NCBI GenBank assembly: GCA_035539815.1
Contig: DATLHR010000146.1
Location: 8,063-72,062, forward strand
Direction of reading: 5' to 3'
Source: Kofleriaceae bacterium
GTDB taxonomy: Bacteria; Myxococcota_A; Polyangia; Haliangiales; Haliangiaceae
Length of the DNA stretch: 64,000 bases
Made by a program: the position numbers and the translations under genes. Numbering within the stretch: the stretch's first letter is position 1; each line of letters starts with the position of its first letter. The notes beneath the pieces were generated by a model. That model made no database searches and had not been told where the DNA came from. It worked only from the letters and a program-made list of their open reading frames with translations. Positions 9,063 through 18,004 of this stretch are shown one piece after another.

Positions 9063-9568
9063 GGCGAAAGCTCAAGGTCTGCTTGATCGGCGCCACCGGC
9101 GTGGGCAAGACCAGCCTCGTCGGACGGCTCGTGCACAGCGTGTTCTCCGACCGCTACCGGACGACGATCGGCGTGAAGATCGAGACGATGACGCTCACCC
9201 GCGGCGACGATGAGGTGCAGCTGGTGATCTGGGACCTCAGCGGAGAGGACGAGTTCCAGAGCGTGCAGCCCGCGTACCTGGCGGGTGCGGCGGGCTACGT
9301 CGTGGTCATCGACGGGACGCGGCGAGAGACGGCGGATACCGCAGCGGCCCTGCTCGATCGCATGCGGCCGATCGTCGGCCACGTGCCCTACATCGTCGCC
9401 GTGAACAAGTCCGACCTCGTCGCATCGTGGGACCTGGACCACGCCGCGATCGAGAGGTTCGAGGCGGGTGCCGCCAAGGTCGTGAACACCAGCGCACGCA
9501 GCGGAGCCTTCGTCGCCGAGGCGTTCGAGGCCCTGGTCGATGCGATCCTCTCGGAGGCGACGCCGTGA
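9059..9568 (+). CDS. Rab/Ras-like small GTPase
   Basis: GTG at 9059 overlaps the upstream stop (GTGA). Motifs: G1 GATGVGKTS, G2 YRTTIGV, G3 WDLSGEDEF, G4 NKSD, G5 TSARSG. Length is 169 aa. Confidence 0.85.
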   Translation: MRRKLKVCLIGATGVGKTSLVGRLVHSVFSDRYRTTIGVKIETMTLTRGDDEVQLVIWDLSGEDEFQSVQPAYLAGAAGYVVVIDGTRRETADTAAALLDRMRPIVGHVPYIVAVNKSDLVASWDLDHAAIERFEAGAAKVVNTSARSGAFVAEAFEALVDAILSEATP

Positions 9569-10665
9569 GCGACCTCGCGCACGTGTTCACCTCGCTCGGC
9601 GCGCTCGTGTTCGCGCGTGGTGAGGACGGGCAATTCTCGCCCTGCAACGCGCCACCTGCGTGGTGCCACGAGCTCGGCCGCGAGGACCTGCAGCCCGGGC
9701 AGGCGCTCGCGCTCGAGGAGCTGTTCCCCTTCCTGACCTCGTTCCTGCCAGAGGCGCAGCGCGTGTGGAGCGATCCGGCCGCCGGGGTGCTCAGCTCGGA
9801 CTTCTGGGTCGAGACTGGAGCGGCGGGCGAAGAGCTGCACCTCAAGGCGCGAGCGGTCCGCTCGAACGGCCGCGGGGTGCTCGTGATCGTGCGCGACGAG
9901 AGCTCCTATCGCGAGCAGCAGCTGCGCCTGCAGAAGGCGCGCGATCTGCGGATGACGCACGACGCGCTGATGCGCGAGCTGGAGCGCAAGGACATCTTGC
10001 TGCACGCGATCGTCCATGACCTCGCGGCGCCGCTGCACAGCATCGTCGGCTCGCTGTCCTTGTTGCACGAGGCCAAGCTGCCTGCCCCGGAGGCGCGCTG
10101 GATCACGATCGCGATCGACGCCGCCGCGCGGCAGCGCGAGCTCGTCGACAGCATCCTCGACGTCTTCATCGCCGACCACGATGCGCCGACCGACACCTCG
10201 CCGCGCGCGGCGCTCCAGCGCGCCGTCGAGCGTGCGCTGCTCGAGCGCGAGCCGGTGGCGAATCGCTCGCGCGTCGCGCTGCGCGTTCACGGCGTGGCCC
10301 CGGTGGACGTGATCGCGGAGGACACACGCCTCGTGCGCGTGCTCACGAACCTGCTCGATAATGCACTTCGCCACGCCCCGGCGGGCAGTGCGGTGGAGGT
10401 CGAGATCACGCGCGAGGAGACGAGCGTGTGCATCGCCGTCGAGGATCGCGGACCGGGCCTGTCGCCGGAGCACCTGCCGCGGCTGTTCCACCAGCTCTCT
10501 CGCGTGCCGGGCGACCCGACGAGCCACGGGTTGGGGCTGTACTTCTGCCGGATCACCGTCGAACGCTGGGGCGGTGGCATCGGCTACGAGCCGCGCGAGG
10601 GCGGAGGCGCGCGGTTCTGGATCCGCCTGCGCGTCGCGGCGCCCGATCGCCGCGGGGAGGGATGA
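9565..10665 (+). CDS. soluble sensor histidine kinase
   Basis: GTG at 9565 overlaps the GTPase stop. H-box LLHAIVHDLAAPLHSI, N-box VLTNLLDNALRHAP, G-boxes EDRGPGL and GLGLYFCR. No TM segment. The N-terminal ~130 aa look PAS-like. Confidence 0.85.
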   Translation: MSDLAHVFTSLGALVFARGEDGQFSPCNAPPAWCHELGREDLQPGQALALEELFPFLTSFLPEAQRVWSDPAAGVLSSDFWVETGAAGEELHLKARAVRSNGRGVLVIVRDESSYREQQLRLQKARDLRMTHDALMRELERKDILLHAIVHDLAAPLHSIVGSLSLLHEAKLPAPEARWITIAIDAAARQRELVDSILDVFIADHDAPTDTSPRAALQRAVERALLEREPVANRSRVALRVHGVAPVDVIAEDTRLVRVLTNLLDNALRHAPAGSAVEVEITREETSVCIAVEDRGPGLSPEHLPRLFHQLSRVPGDPTSHGLGLYFCRITVERWGGGIGYEPREGGGARFWIRLRVAAPDRRGEG

Positions 10666-11399
10666 TCGTGGCCAAGCTACTTCTTCTCGACGATGAAGCG
10701 GAGGCCCTCGAGTGGATGACCGCGGCGCTCACCAGCCGTGGCCACGAGGTCCGTGCGTACCAGTCGGGCCGCGCGGCGCTGGCCGATCTCGATCAGTGGC
10801 GACCCGACCTGGTGATCTGCGACATCCTGATGCCGGAGATGGATGGTCTGGCCTTCGCGCGGCTCGTGCGCGCACACGGCGGACCGCCGGTGCTGTTCGT
10901 CTCCATCGCCGTCAAGCAGGCCGAGGCGGTGCTCGCCGGCGCGATCGGATTCGTGCAGAAGCCGGCGACCGCGGACGAGGTGCGGGCCGCCGTCGAGGAT
11001 GCCCTGCAGCGCCCCGGGCGCGCGACGGTGCTCGTCGTCGATGACGAGATGGACTCCCTCGAGCTGTACCAGGGCTACCTCGAGTCACGCTTCGACGTGG
11101 AGGTCGCGGTGCATGGTGCGCAGGCGCTCGCGGTCCTGCGGCGCAAGCGGATCGATCTCGTGATCACCGACGTCCACATGCCGGTGATGAACGGCATCGA
11201 GCTGATCCGCGCGATGCGCGCCGACCCCGCGCTGGCGCGCCTCCCCGTCCTCGTGCAGACAGCGGATCGCCACGCGCTCGCGTGCCCCGTGTGGCGCGAG
11301 CTCGGGGTCTCGCATCGCATCGACAAGCTCGACTTCTTGCGCTGGATCGACCACCAGGTGGCGGTCCGCGGTCACGACAACCGGCCGAGCGCCAGCTGA
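10662..11399 (+). CDS. response regulator consisting of two tandem receiver domains, no output domain
   Basis: ATG at 10662 overlaps the kinase stop (ATGA). REC1: LLLLDDE...DLVICDILMPEMDG...FVQKP. REC2: VLVVDDE...DLVITDVHMPVMNG...VLVQTAD. Both keep the acidic pocket and the phospho-acceptor Asp. Confidence 0.85.
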   Translation: MIVAKLLLLDDEAEALEWMTAALTSRGHEVRAYQSGRAALADLDQWRPDLVICDILMPEMDGLAFARLVRAHGGPPVLFVSIAVKQAEAVLAGAIGFVQKPATADEVRAAVEDALQRPGRATVLVVDDEMDSLELYQGYLESRFDVEVAVHGAQALAVLRRKRIDLVITDVHMPVMNGIELIRAMRADPALARLPVLVQTADRHALACPVWRELGVSHRIDKLDFLRWIDHQVAVRGHDNRPSAS

Positions 11400-12358
11400 C
11401 CGCGGGCGCGCACCAGGTTGTGCGCGCGCCGCGACGGAAAGCGCGTCTGGTCCCAGCCGAAGTACTCGTCGCGAAACACGTCGACGCAGAACCGCGCGGC
11501 GAGCTCGAGGCACACCGTCTGACGCCCGAGCGAGATGGCGTCGTACTCGACCTCCGAGATGACGTCGCCCGCACTGCGGCGGAACCCGCGGATCGCCGCG
11601 TCGAAGATCGGGCGGTCGAACACGACGCTGCCCGCGTCCTCGCCGCTCGGGTTGCACCACGAACGCATCGCGTCGCCGAGCTCGTACGCGATCGTGCTGA
11701 GGCCGAGCGTGTCGAGGTCGACGAGGCACACCGCGCGCAACGGCGTGCGCGCGAACAGCACGTTCGAGATCTTGAGGTCGCCGTGGCAGTGACGGCGCGG
11801 CAGCGCGGGCAGCGGCGGCAAGAGCGCGGCCGCGTCGAGGATCTCGCGCGCGAGCTCGACGCCCTCGGCATCGCCGGCGTGCACGCGCGCGTGCTCGGCG
11901 AGGCGGCCGAGGTGCGCCGCCGTGTCGTGGACACCGGCGCGCGCGAACGCGTAGTCGTGCCGGAGCTCCGCCACCGCGCGGTGGAACCGGCCGACGAGCT
12001 CGCCCGCGGCCTCGGCCCAGCTCGCGTCGGGGACGCGATGCACCGTCTCGCCGTCGACCCAGGTCAGCGCGCGCCACGTGCGGCCATCCTCTTCGACCCA
12101 GGCGCGATCGTCGCGCGTGCGGAGGAGGCGCGGCGTGACGAGCCCATGCGCGGCGAGGTGCGCGGTCACCGCGTCGATGTCGAGGTTGACGTGAGGGCCG
12201 AACACCGGGTGCAGCCGCTGCAGCACCGCCACCGGCTCGCCTCCACGAGAGATCCGGTACGTCGCGTTGATCAACCCGCCGGTGAGCGCCGTGACGTCCG
12301 CGTCCTCCCAGCCCCAGGCGGCGAGGACGCCATGCGGTGGAAGCGGTGCGGCGTTCAC
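11372..12358 (-). CDS. APH/choline-kinase-family phosphotransferase
   Basis: GTG at 12358 overlaps the FKBP stop (GTGA). Catalytic motif HCHGDLKISNVLF followed by LVDLDT. 328 aa. The upstream part of the 667-aa ORF overlaps the FKBP gene out of frame and is rejected. Confidence 0.8.
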   Translation of the reverse strand: MNAAPLPPHGVLAAWGWEDADVTALTGGLINATYRISRGGEPVAVLQRLHPVFGPHVNLDIDAVTAHLAAHGLVTPRLLRTRDDRAWVEEDGRTWRALTWVDGETVHRVPDASWAEAAGELVGRFHRAVAELRHDYAFARAGVHDTAAHLGRLAEHARVHAGDAEGVELAREILDAAALLPPLPALPRRHCHGDLKISNVLFARTPLRAVCLVDLDTLGLSTIAYELGDAMRSWCNPSGEDAGSVVFDRPIFDAAIRGFRRSAGDVISEVEYDAISLGRQTVCLELAARFCVDVFRDEYFGWDQTRFPSRRAHNLVRARGQLALGRLS

Positions 12359-14028
12359 TGTGGGTTGATGGCGAGCATCTCGACGTCGAACACCAGCATA
12401 CCCTGCGGGCCGCCGCCGTTCGGATACGCGAGCTCCTGCGGGATCCACAGCCGCGCCGTCTCGCCCACGCCGATGAGCGGGATCCCGTCGACCCAGCCGG
12501 GGATCACGCGCTGGAGCGAGAACGTCGCCGGCATGCCGGTCTTGCGCGACGAATCGAACTCCTGCCCGTCGGTCGTCCAGCCCGTGTAGTGCACGCGCAC
12601 CGTGTCCGTGGGCTTCGCGTGCGGCGCGCCTTTGACCGCCTTGAGGATCTTGTACGCGACCCCCTTGGGGCTCTTCTTCGCGTCCGCAGGTGGCGCCGCT
12701 ACATCCGGCGGCGGAGGCGTCGCCGTCGGTGCGTGCCCGCCGTGCGGGTCGGAGGGGGCCGTGGGGCGCGCCTTGATCTCGATCAGCTCGACGTCGTAGA
12801 CGAGCATGCCCTGCGGCTTGCCGGGCGCGCCGTTGTAGGCGAGCTCGCCGGGGATCCAGAACCGCATCTTGTCGCCGACCGACATCAGCGGGATGCCGTC
12901 GCTCCATCCCTGGATCACGCCGCCGAGCGAGAACTCGGCGGGCTCGCCCTTCACCGCCGACGAGTCGAACATGCGGCCGTCGGTCGTCCACCCCGTGTAG
13001 TGCACGCGCACCGTATCCTGTGGTGTCGGCTTGGTGCCGCCCTTGCCCTTCGCGAGCAGGCGATACGACACGCCCTTGTCGGTCTTGCTCGTGTTCGCGG
13101 GCGGCGCGGCGACGTCGGCCGGCGTCTTCGGCGGCTCCTTGCCCTTCGCGATCGTGATCAGCTCGACCTCGTAGGTCAGCGTGCCCGTCGGCATCCCGGG
13201 CACCGGCTTGCCGCCGGTGGTCATGCGCGACGCGTCGACCCAGAACCGCGTGCGCTCGCCGGGCGTCAGCGACGTCAGCATCTCCTCCATCGCGGCCGAC
13301 TGCCGGTACGGCGGCACGATCGCCGGGCGCTTGCGCAGCTCCGTCGAGTCGAACATGCGCCCCTCGGTGTCCCACGCCGAGTAGTTGAAGGTGACCGTGT
13401 CGTAGAACTTCGGCTTCTCGGTGCCGGTGCCCGGCTTCACGACCAGGTACTTCGTCCCCGACGGCAGCGCCTTCGCGGCCGGCGGCGGCGTCGCGAGATC
13501 CGGGGGCACCGGCGGCGCGGCGACCACGTCGACGATCTCGACCTCGTAGACCAGCGTCTCCGGCGCGGTACCGGAGGGCGCCTGGCCCTTGTAGCCGATC
13601 TCCGGCGGGATCCAGAGCACGACCTTCTCGCCCTTCTTCATCAGCTGCATCGCCTCGGTGAACCCCGGCGCGGCGTTCGCGAGCGGCAGCGGCAGCGGCT
13701 GCTTGTCACCCTTGTTGGTGAAGAACGTCTCGCCCGTCGCCTGGCGCCAGCCCGTGTAGTTGATGAGGACGGTGTCGTTGCGCTTGATGGCCGCCTCGTC
13801 ACCGACGGCGGCGAGCTTCTTGTAGATGAGGCCGCTCGGCGTCTTCACGGCGTCGGCGGGTGGCGACTTGAGGTCGACCGGTGGTGCGACCTGCTCGACG
13901 CCGGTGGGCGGCTTCGCGACCTCCGAGCCGGAGCCCGTCGAGGTGACCGGCGGGACCTTCTGCTTGTCGTCGGAGCGCTGGCAGCCGTACGCGAACAGGA
14001 CGAGGGAGAGAACGACGGCGAGACGCAT
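12355..14028 (-). CDS. lipoprotein with four tandem FKBP-type peptidyl-prolyl isomerase domains
   Basis: ATG at 14028 gives MRLAVVLSLVLFAYGC (lipobox). There are four copies of the FKBP pattern, e.g. DTVRVHYTGWTTDGRMFDSS...FSLGGVIQGWSDGIPLMSVGDKMRFWIPGELAY...LVYDVELIEI. Confidence 0.85.
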   Translation of the reverse strand: MRLAVVLSLVLFAYGCQRSDDKQKVPPVTSTGSGSEVAKPPTGVEQVAPPVDLKSPPADAVKTPSGLIYKKLAAVGDEAAIKRNDTVLINYTGWRQATGETFFTNKGDKQPLPLPLANAAPGFTEAMQLMKKGEKVVLWIPPEIGYKGQAPSGTAPETLVYEVEIVDVVAAPPVPPDLATPPPAAKALPSGTKYLVVKPGTGTEKPKFYDTVTFNYSAWDTEGRMFDSTELRKRPAIVPPYRQSAAMEEMLTSLTPGERTRFWVDASRMTTGGKPVPGMPTGTLTYEVELITIAKGKEPPKTPADVAAPPANTSKTDKGVSYRLLAKGKGGTKPTPQDTVRVHYTGWTTDGRMFDSSAVKGEPAEFSLGGVIQGWSDGIPLMSVGDKMRFWIPGELAYNGAPGKPQGMLVYDVELIEIKARPTAPSDPHGGHAPTATPPPPDVAAPPADAKKSPKGVAYKILKAVKGAPHAKPTDTVRVHYTGWTTDGQEFDSSRKTGMPATFSLQRVIPGWVDGIPLIGVGETARLWIPQELAYPNGGGPQGMLVFDVEMLAINPQ

Positions 14029-14044
14029 TGCGCCGGAAGATACG

Positions 14045-15346
14045 TCAGCGCGCGGCGGCCGCAAACGCCTCGCGTGTCAGGTTGCGCGTACCGTTCGCCT
14101 CCACGACGATGTTGTCCTCGATCCGGATCCCACCGAACGCGCGCAGGTTTGCGATCGCCGACCAATCGATCAGATCCCTGCGGCCGTCCTGCTGCAAGGG
14201 CTTCAACAAGCCGTCGATCACGTAGATTCCCGGCTCGATCGTGAAGACCTGCCCGGGTTCGATCACCGACGTGTTGCGCAGGAACTTGTTCTCCGGGCGG
14301 GGGGGCCGCAGCTTCAGGCCCGCGTCGTGCACCGTGATGCCCAGTGAGTGGCCGAGCCCGTGCGGGAACAGCGCGCGCGTGACGCCGCGGTCGACGAGCT
14401 CCTCGACGCTGCCGCGGCCGATGCCGAGCTCGCGCAGTGCGGCGGCGAGCAGCCGGTGCGCCGCATCGTGGAGCTCCTCGTAGGGCAGGCCCGGGCGGAT
14501 CTGGCGGATCACCTCGAGCTGGAGCCGCTCCATGTGGTCGAGCAGGTCCCGGAACCGGCGCGCCGCGCTGCCCTCACCTCGGACGTGCGTGCGCGTGATG
14601 TCGCTGCCGTAGCCGAGGACCTTGGCGCCGGCGTCGAGCAGAAACGACGTGTCGCCGGCGACGCGCTCGCGCTGATACGCGACGTAGTGCAGCACCGCCG
14701 CATGCGCACCGAGCGCGACGATGTTCTGGTAGGGAGCGCGCGCCTCGTCTTGCTCCGAGCCCTCGAGGAACGCGAGGTGGAGCTCGAGCTCCGACGGCGT
14801 CCCCGTCGCGAACCGCTGCCGTGCCCGCTCGTGCCCGGCGACGGCGCGCGCGGTCGCCGCCGCGAGGCACTCGATCTCGTACGCGGTCTTCCTCGTGCGC
14901 GCCTGATCGAGCGCCGCGATCAGCTCGGCGGGATTCACGGCGCCCGCCGGTGCCGTGCCCTGATCGCGCGTGATCACCGCGACCCGCCCGCCGGGTAGCG
15001 CATCGCCCGCGAGCCCGGGCTTGACCTCGACGACCTCGAAGCCGGTCCAGAAGTGATCGCTCTCCGGCGGCGCGGCCATCTCCCAGAAGTCGTCGGTCAC
15101 CGTGCGTACCAGGCGCGGCTTGTGGCTCGGCCGCACGACGACGAACGCGTCCGCCTCGACGAGCGGACACCAGTGCGAGTACGCGGGCGTCGGCGACAAC
15201 GGCCACGCCTGATCGTCGAACCGGTTCTTCATCGTCGCCGCGCCGCTGCACAGCACGATGGCATCGAAGCCGTGCGCGGCCATCGCCGCCTCGTAGGCTT
15301 GCTGTAGATACGCGAGGTGCTGGGGATAGGTCGCGGCGTAGCTCAC
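14045..15346 (-). CDS. pepQ: Xaa-Pro dipeptidase (M24B)
   Basis: 433 aa. M24 metal-ligand context: FLLDAGAKVLGYGSDITRT, HGLGHSLGITVHD, TIEPGIY, GGIRIEDN. The N-terminus MSYAATYPQHLAYLQQAYE is PepQ-like. Confidence 0.8.
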   Translation of the reverse strand: MSYAATYPQHLAYLQQAYEAAMAAHGFDAIVLCSGAATMKNRFDDQAWPLSPTPAYSHWCPLVEADAFVVVRPSHKPRLVRTVTDDFWEMAAPPESDHFWTGFEVVEVKPGLAGDALPGGRVAVITRDQGTAPAGAVNPAELIAALDQARTRKTAYEIECLAAATARAVAGHERARQRFATGTPSELELHLAFLEGSEQDEARAPYQNIVALGAHAAVLHYVAYQRERVAGDTSFLLDAGAKVLGYGSDITRTHVRGEGSAARRFRDLLDHMERLQLEVIRQIRPGLPYEELHDAAHRLLAAALRELGIGRGSVEELVDRGVTRALFPHGLGHSLGITVHDAGLKLRPPRPENKFLRNTSVIEPGQVFTIEPGIYVIDGLLKPLQQDGRRDLIDWSAIANLRAFGGIRIEDNIVVEANGTRNLTREAFAAAAR

Positions 15347-15392
15347 GCGCGCAAGCCTAGCACCGTGCGAATGGCAGTATCATGGCCTCTCC

Positions 15393-16016
15393 ATGGGCTG
15401 GGCCTGGGTTATCGCCGTTGTCGTCGGTCTGCCGCTCTCGTACCTCATCGGCCCCTGGCGCCGACGCTCGGCGATCGAGAAGCGCATCGCGTCTGGATCC
15501 CGGACCATCGCGGATCGCACCAGCGTCACCGTGGTCGGGACCATCCGCGTGGGCGTGAACGACCTGCTCCAAGCCCCGCTATCGGGCCGGCGCGGCGTCA
15601 TCGTGTACGCGCACGCCGAGCTGCCCGAGGTCGACGGCCGCGTCGGCTCGACGGAGAACGTGACGCTGGTGACCAAGCGCATGCAGCCGTTCGAGCTCGA
15701 CACCGACGCCGGCGTCGTCCTCGTCGACGGCACGGAGCTCGACCTCGCGATCGACCCACTGCGCGTGCCCAGACGCTCCGCCGAGCGCGAGCGCGAGTTC
15801 GTCACCTCGCACGGCCGGGGGGACTCCGTCGCCGCGGTCGCCACCTTCCGCGAGCTCGTCATCACGCCGGGGATGTGCATCGCCGTGCACGGGATGGCGA
15901 TCATCGATACGAGCGAGCAGGGCACCGAGCGCGGGTATCGCGATGCGCCGCCGGCCAGGATCAGGATCGTCGCCCCGGCGGACTCTCGGATCGCGATCGG
16001 CGCGCCGCGGAGCTAA
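15393..16016 (+). CDS. hypothetical N-terminally membrane-anchored protein
   Basis: ATG start with one N-terminal TM helix (WAWVIAVVVGLPLSYLIGPW). No recognisable catalytic motif. Confidence 0.45.
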   Translation: MGWAWVIAVVVGLPLSYLIGPWRRRSAIEKRIASGSRTIADRTSVTVVGTIRVGVNDLLQAPLSGRRGVIVYAHAELPEVDGRVGSTENVTLVTKRMQPFELDTDAGVVLVDGTELDLAIDPLRVPRRSAEREREFVTSHGRGDSVAAVATFRELVITPGMCIAVHGMAIIDTSEQGTERGYRDAPPARIRIVAPADSRIAIGAPRS

Positions 16017-16018
16017 GG

Positions 16019-17986
16019 TCACGGGCACGGATCGGTGAGGGCGCCCGGCGCCGGCACGGTGGGGACGCCGTCGCGTAGGTACGAGGCGAGGAAGCAGCCG
16101 TACTGGTGCTTCACCGCCTCGAGCTGGCGATAGATGTAGTGCGAGTTGATGATGCCGTCGCCCTCGAACTGCACGACCACGCGCGTCTTGCCGTCGCGGT
16201 TGCCCTTGACGGGATACGTGATCAAGCCGCCGAGACCGTCGAGCGCGAGCGCGGCTTGCATCGATGGCCACACGTTGGTGCCCGCCTGCCCGTTGCCGTA
16301 GGCGAGGGCGGCGGCGTCGTAGATGTTGATCGGGAAGTACTCGTCACCCGCGGCGGCCGGCTGGTAGACGTTGCGCGGAGCGGCGCCGGGCAGCGGCCGG
16401 TGCGCGATGCGCGCCATGTAGGCCATGGGCTCGGCGATCTCCCAGCCGAGCGCCATCGTGTCGAGCGCGGGGTGCACGAACGCGAGCTGCTCGCCGTCGA
16501 TGCCGAGGGCCGCGCCGAGGATGTTGCGCGCGCCGGGCACGGTCGCGGTGTCGAGGATCATCAGGTTCCAGAAGCCGCCTGCGCCCGTGGGGACGAGGGC
16601 GCCGAACCGAGCCTCGAGCGCGCCGACCATGTTGGTGTACATGCCGCCCATCGACTGGCCGCCCGCGACGAGCTTCTGCGGATCGAAGCGATGCGTGCCC
16701 GCCGCACCGCAGCCCGCGAGCGTCGCGCCGGGGATCTCGAGCGCGAGCAGGGCGTCGAGGAGCAGGCGCTGCTCGAACACACCTTGCTGGAACGTGAACG
16801 GGAACGCGGCGAGGTTGTCGAGGTTGAGGTACGCGGTGTCGCCCGCGTTGCTCAGCCGCTCGGGATTGACGGGCATCGCGGACGACGCGGCGGCTATCCC
16901 GTGCTGCGCGACGACGTAGCCGGGGCCCTTGCCGGGCTCGGGCATGTCGTCGGGCGTGGGCGAGTACCCGAGATCGACGAGGCCCGTCGAGACGCCGCCC
17001 GAGCCGTGGAAGAACTGATAGAGCGGCCAGCCGGCCGCGGGCATCGTGCCCTTCGGGATCGTGATCGTGACGGGAATGGTCATGTCGCCCTGCTTGCGCG
17101 GGACGTCGTCGGCATCGACGTCGAAGCGACCCTCGGTGTCGAACGGCTGCGTGCCGCGCTGGAACTGCGGCATCGTGATCGTGCCGCGCAACATGCAGAA
17201 GCCGTCGTAGGTGTCGCCGCCCGCGAGCGCGAGCCCCTCGATCGTCGGGTGATACGCGGCGCGCACCGCCTCGGAGCGCGCGAACGCCCGCGCGATCTCG
17301 TCGCCGGTCGTGAACACGGTGGCGACGAGGACGTCGTCCGTGTCGATGCCCCTGGCCTCGAGCGCAGGCCACAGCGGCGCGTACAGCTCGGCGGCCGCGG
17401 CGCCGCGCGCACCACCCGGTGTCCTGCCGGCGGCGAGGGCGGTGAAGGCGGTCGGTGGTTCGAATCCGGGTGCGAACGCGCGGCGCACGACGTACGCGTA
17501 GCGCGTGGTGGCGCGCAGCACGATGCCGGGCCATGGCGCGAGCGCGACGAGGCCTTCGGGCGCGAACGGATCCGGCGTCAGCGTCGCCGCGACGAGCGGA
17601 TAGGTGGTGCCGACCTCGGGTGAGCTCGGATCGATATCGATCAGCATCGCGAGGTCGCTGTCGGCGGGGATGACATCGGTGACGGCGCGCGCGGGCACCG
17701 CCTCGGTGAATCGGATGTATGCGGTCGGCATCGTCGGCCACCCGCGCCGCTCGCCGACCACGGAGATCAACGTGGTCAGGATCGGAACGTTGCGCGGGTT
17801 CGGGAACCCCGTCATCTCGGGCGCGCCGTTGGCGTCGAGCCGCAGATCGGACGGGAAGGGAAGGTCCCAGAACGTGGCGGCCTCCCCGAGCGAGCCGTCG
17901 AGGTCGAAGTAGATGGTCTTGCCGCTAGTGGCTCCATCGTCGCCGCAGGCAACGAACAGCACGGCCGCGATCAGGCACACACGCAT
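16019..17986 (-). CDS. lipoprotein, alpha/beta-hydrolase-like (GQSMG nucleophile elbow)
   Basis: 655 aa. Lipobox MRVCLIAAVLFVACG. GxSxG-type motif in LVAGGQSMGGMYTN. Confidence 0.6.
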   Translation of the reverse strand: MRVCLIAAVLFVACGDDGATSGKTIYFDLDGSLGEAATFWDLPFPSDLRLDANGAPEMTGFPNPRNVPILTTLISVVGERRGWPTMPTAYIRFTEAVPARAVTDVIPADSDLAMLIDIDPSSPEVGTTYPLVAATLTPDPFAPEGLVALAPWPGIVLRATTRYAYVVRRAFAPGFEPPTAFTALAAGRTPGGARGAAAAELYAPLWPALEARGIDTDDVLVATVFTTGDEIARAFARSEAVRAAYHPTIEGLALAGGDTYDGFCMLRGTITMPQFQRGTQPFDTEGRFDVDADDVPRKQGDMTIPVTITIPKGTMPAAGWPLYQFFHGSGGVSTGLVDLGYSPTPDDMPEPGKGPGYVVAQHGIAAASSAMPVNPERLSNAGDTAYLNLDNLAAFPFTFQQGVFEQRLLLDALLALEIPGATLAGCGAAGTHRFDPQKLVAGGQSMGGMYTNMVGALEARFGALVPTGAGGFWNLMILDTATVPGARNILGAALGIDGEQLAFVHPALDTMALGWEIAEPMAYMARIAHRPLPGAAPRNVYQPAAAGDEYFPINIYDAAALAYGNGQAGTNVWPSMQAALALDGLGGLITYPVKGNRDGKTRVVVQFEGDGIINSHYIYRQLEAVKHQYGCFLASYLRDGVPTVPAPGALTDPCP

Positions 17987-18004
17987 CGCGCGAGTATAGA
18001 GGCG

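Noticed and set aside
11372-11399. 28-nt convergent overlap of the response-regulator and APH-like genes, considered as a possible antisense regulatory arrangement
   Set aside because: Short convergent 3' overlaps are common in compact high-GC genomes. No hairpin or other signal was seen.
15393-16016. Possible GIDE-like (E3-ligase-associated) membrane protein
   Set aside because: Only the general layout (an N-terminal TM helix plus a beta-rich domain) suggested it. I cannot point to any diagnostic motif, so it is left as hypothetical.
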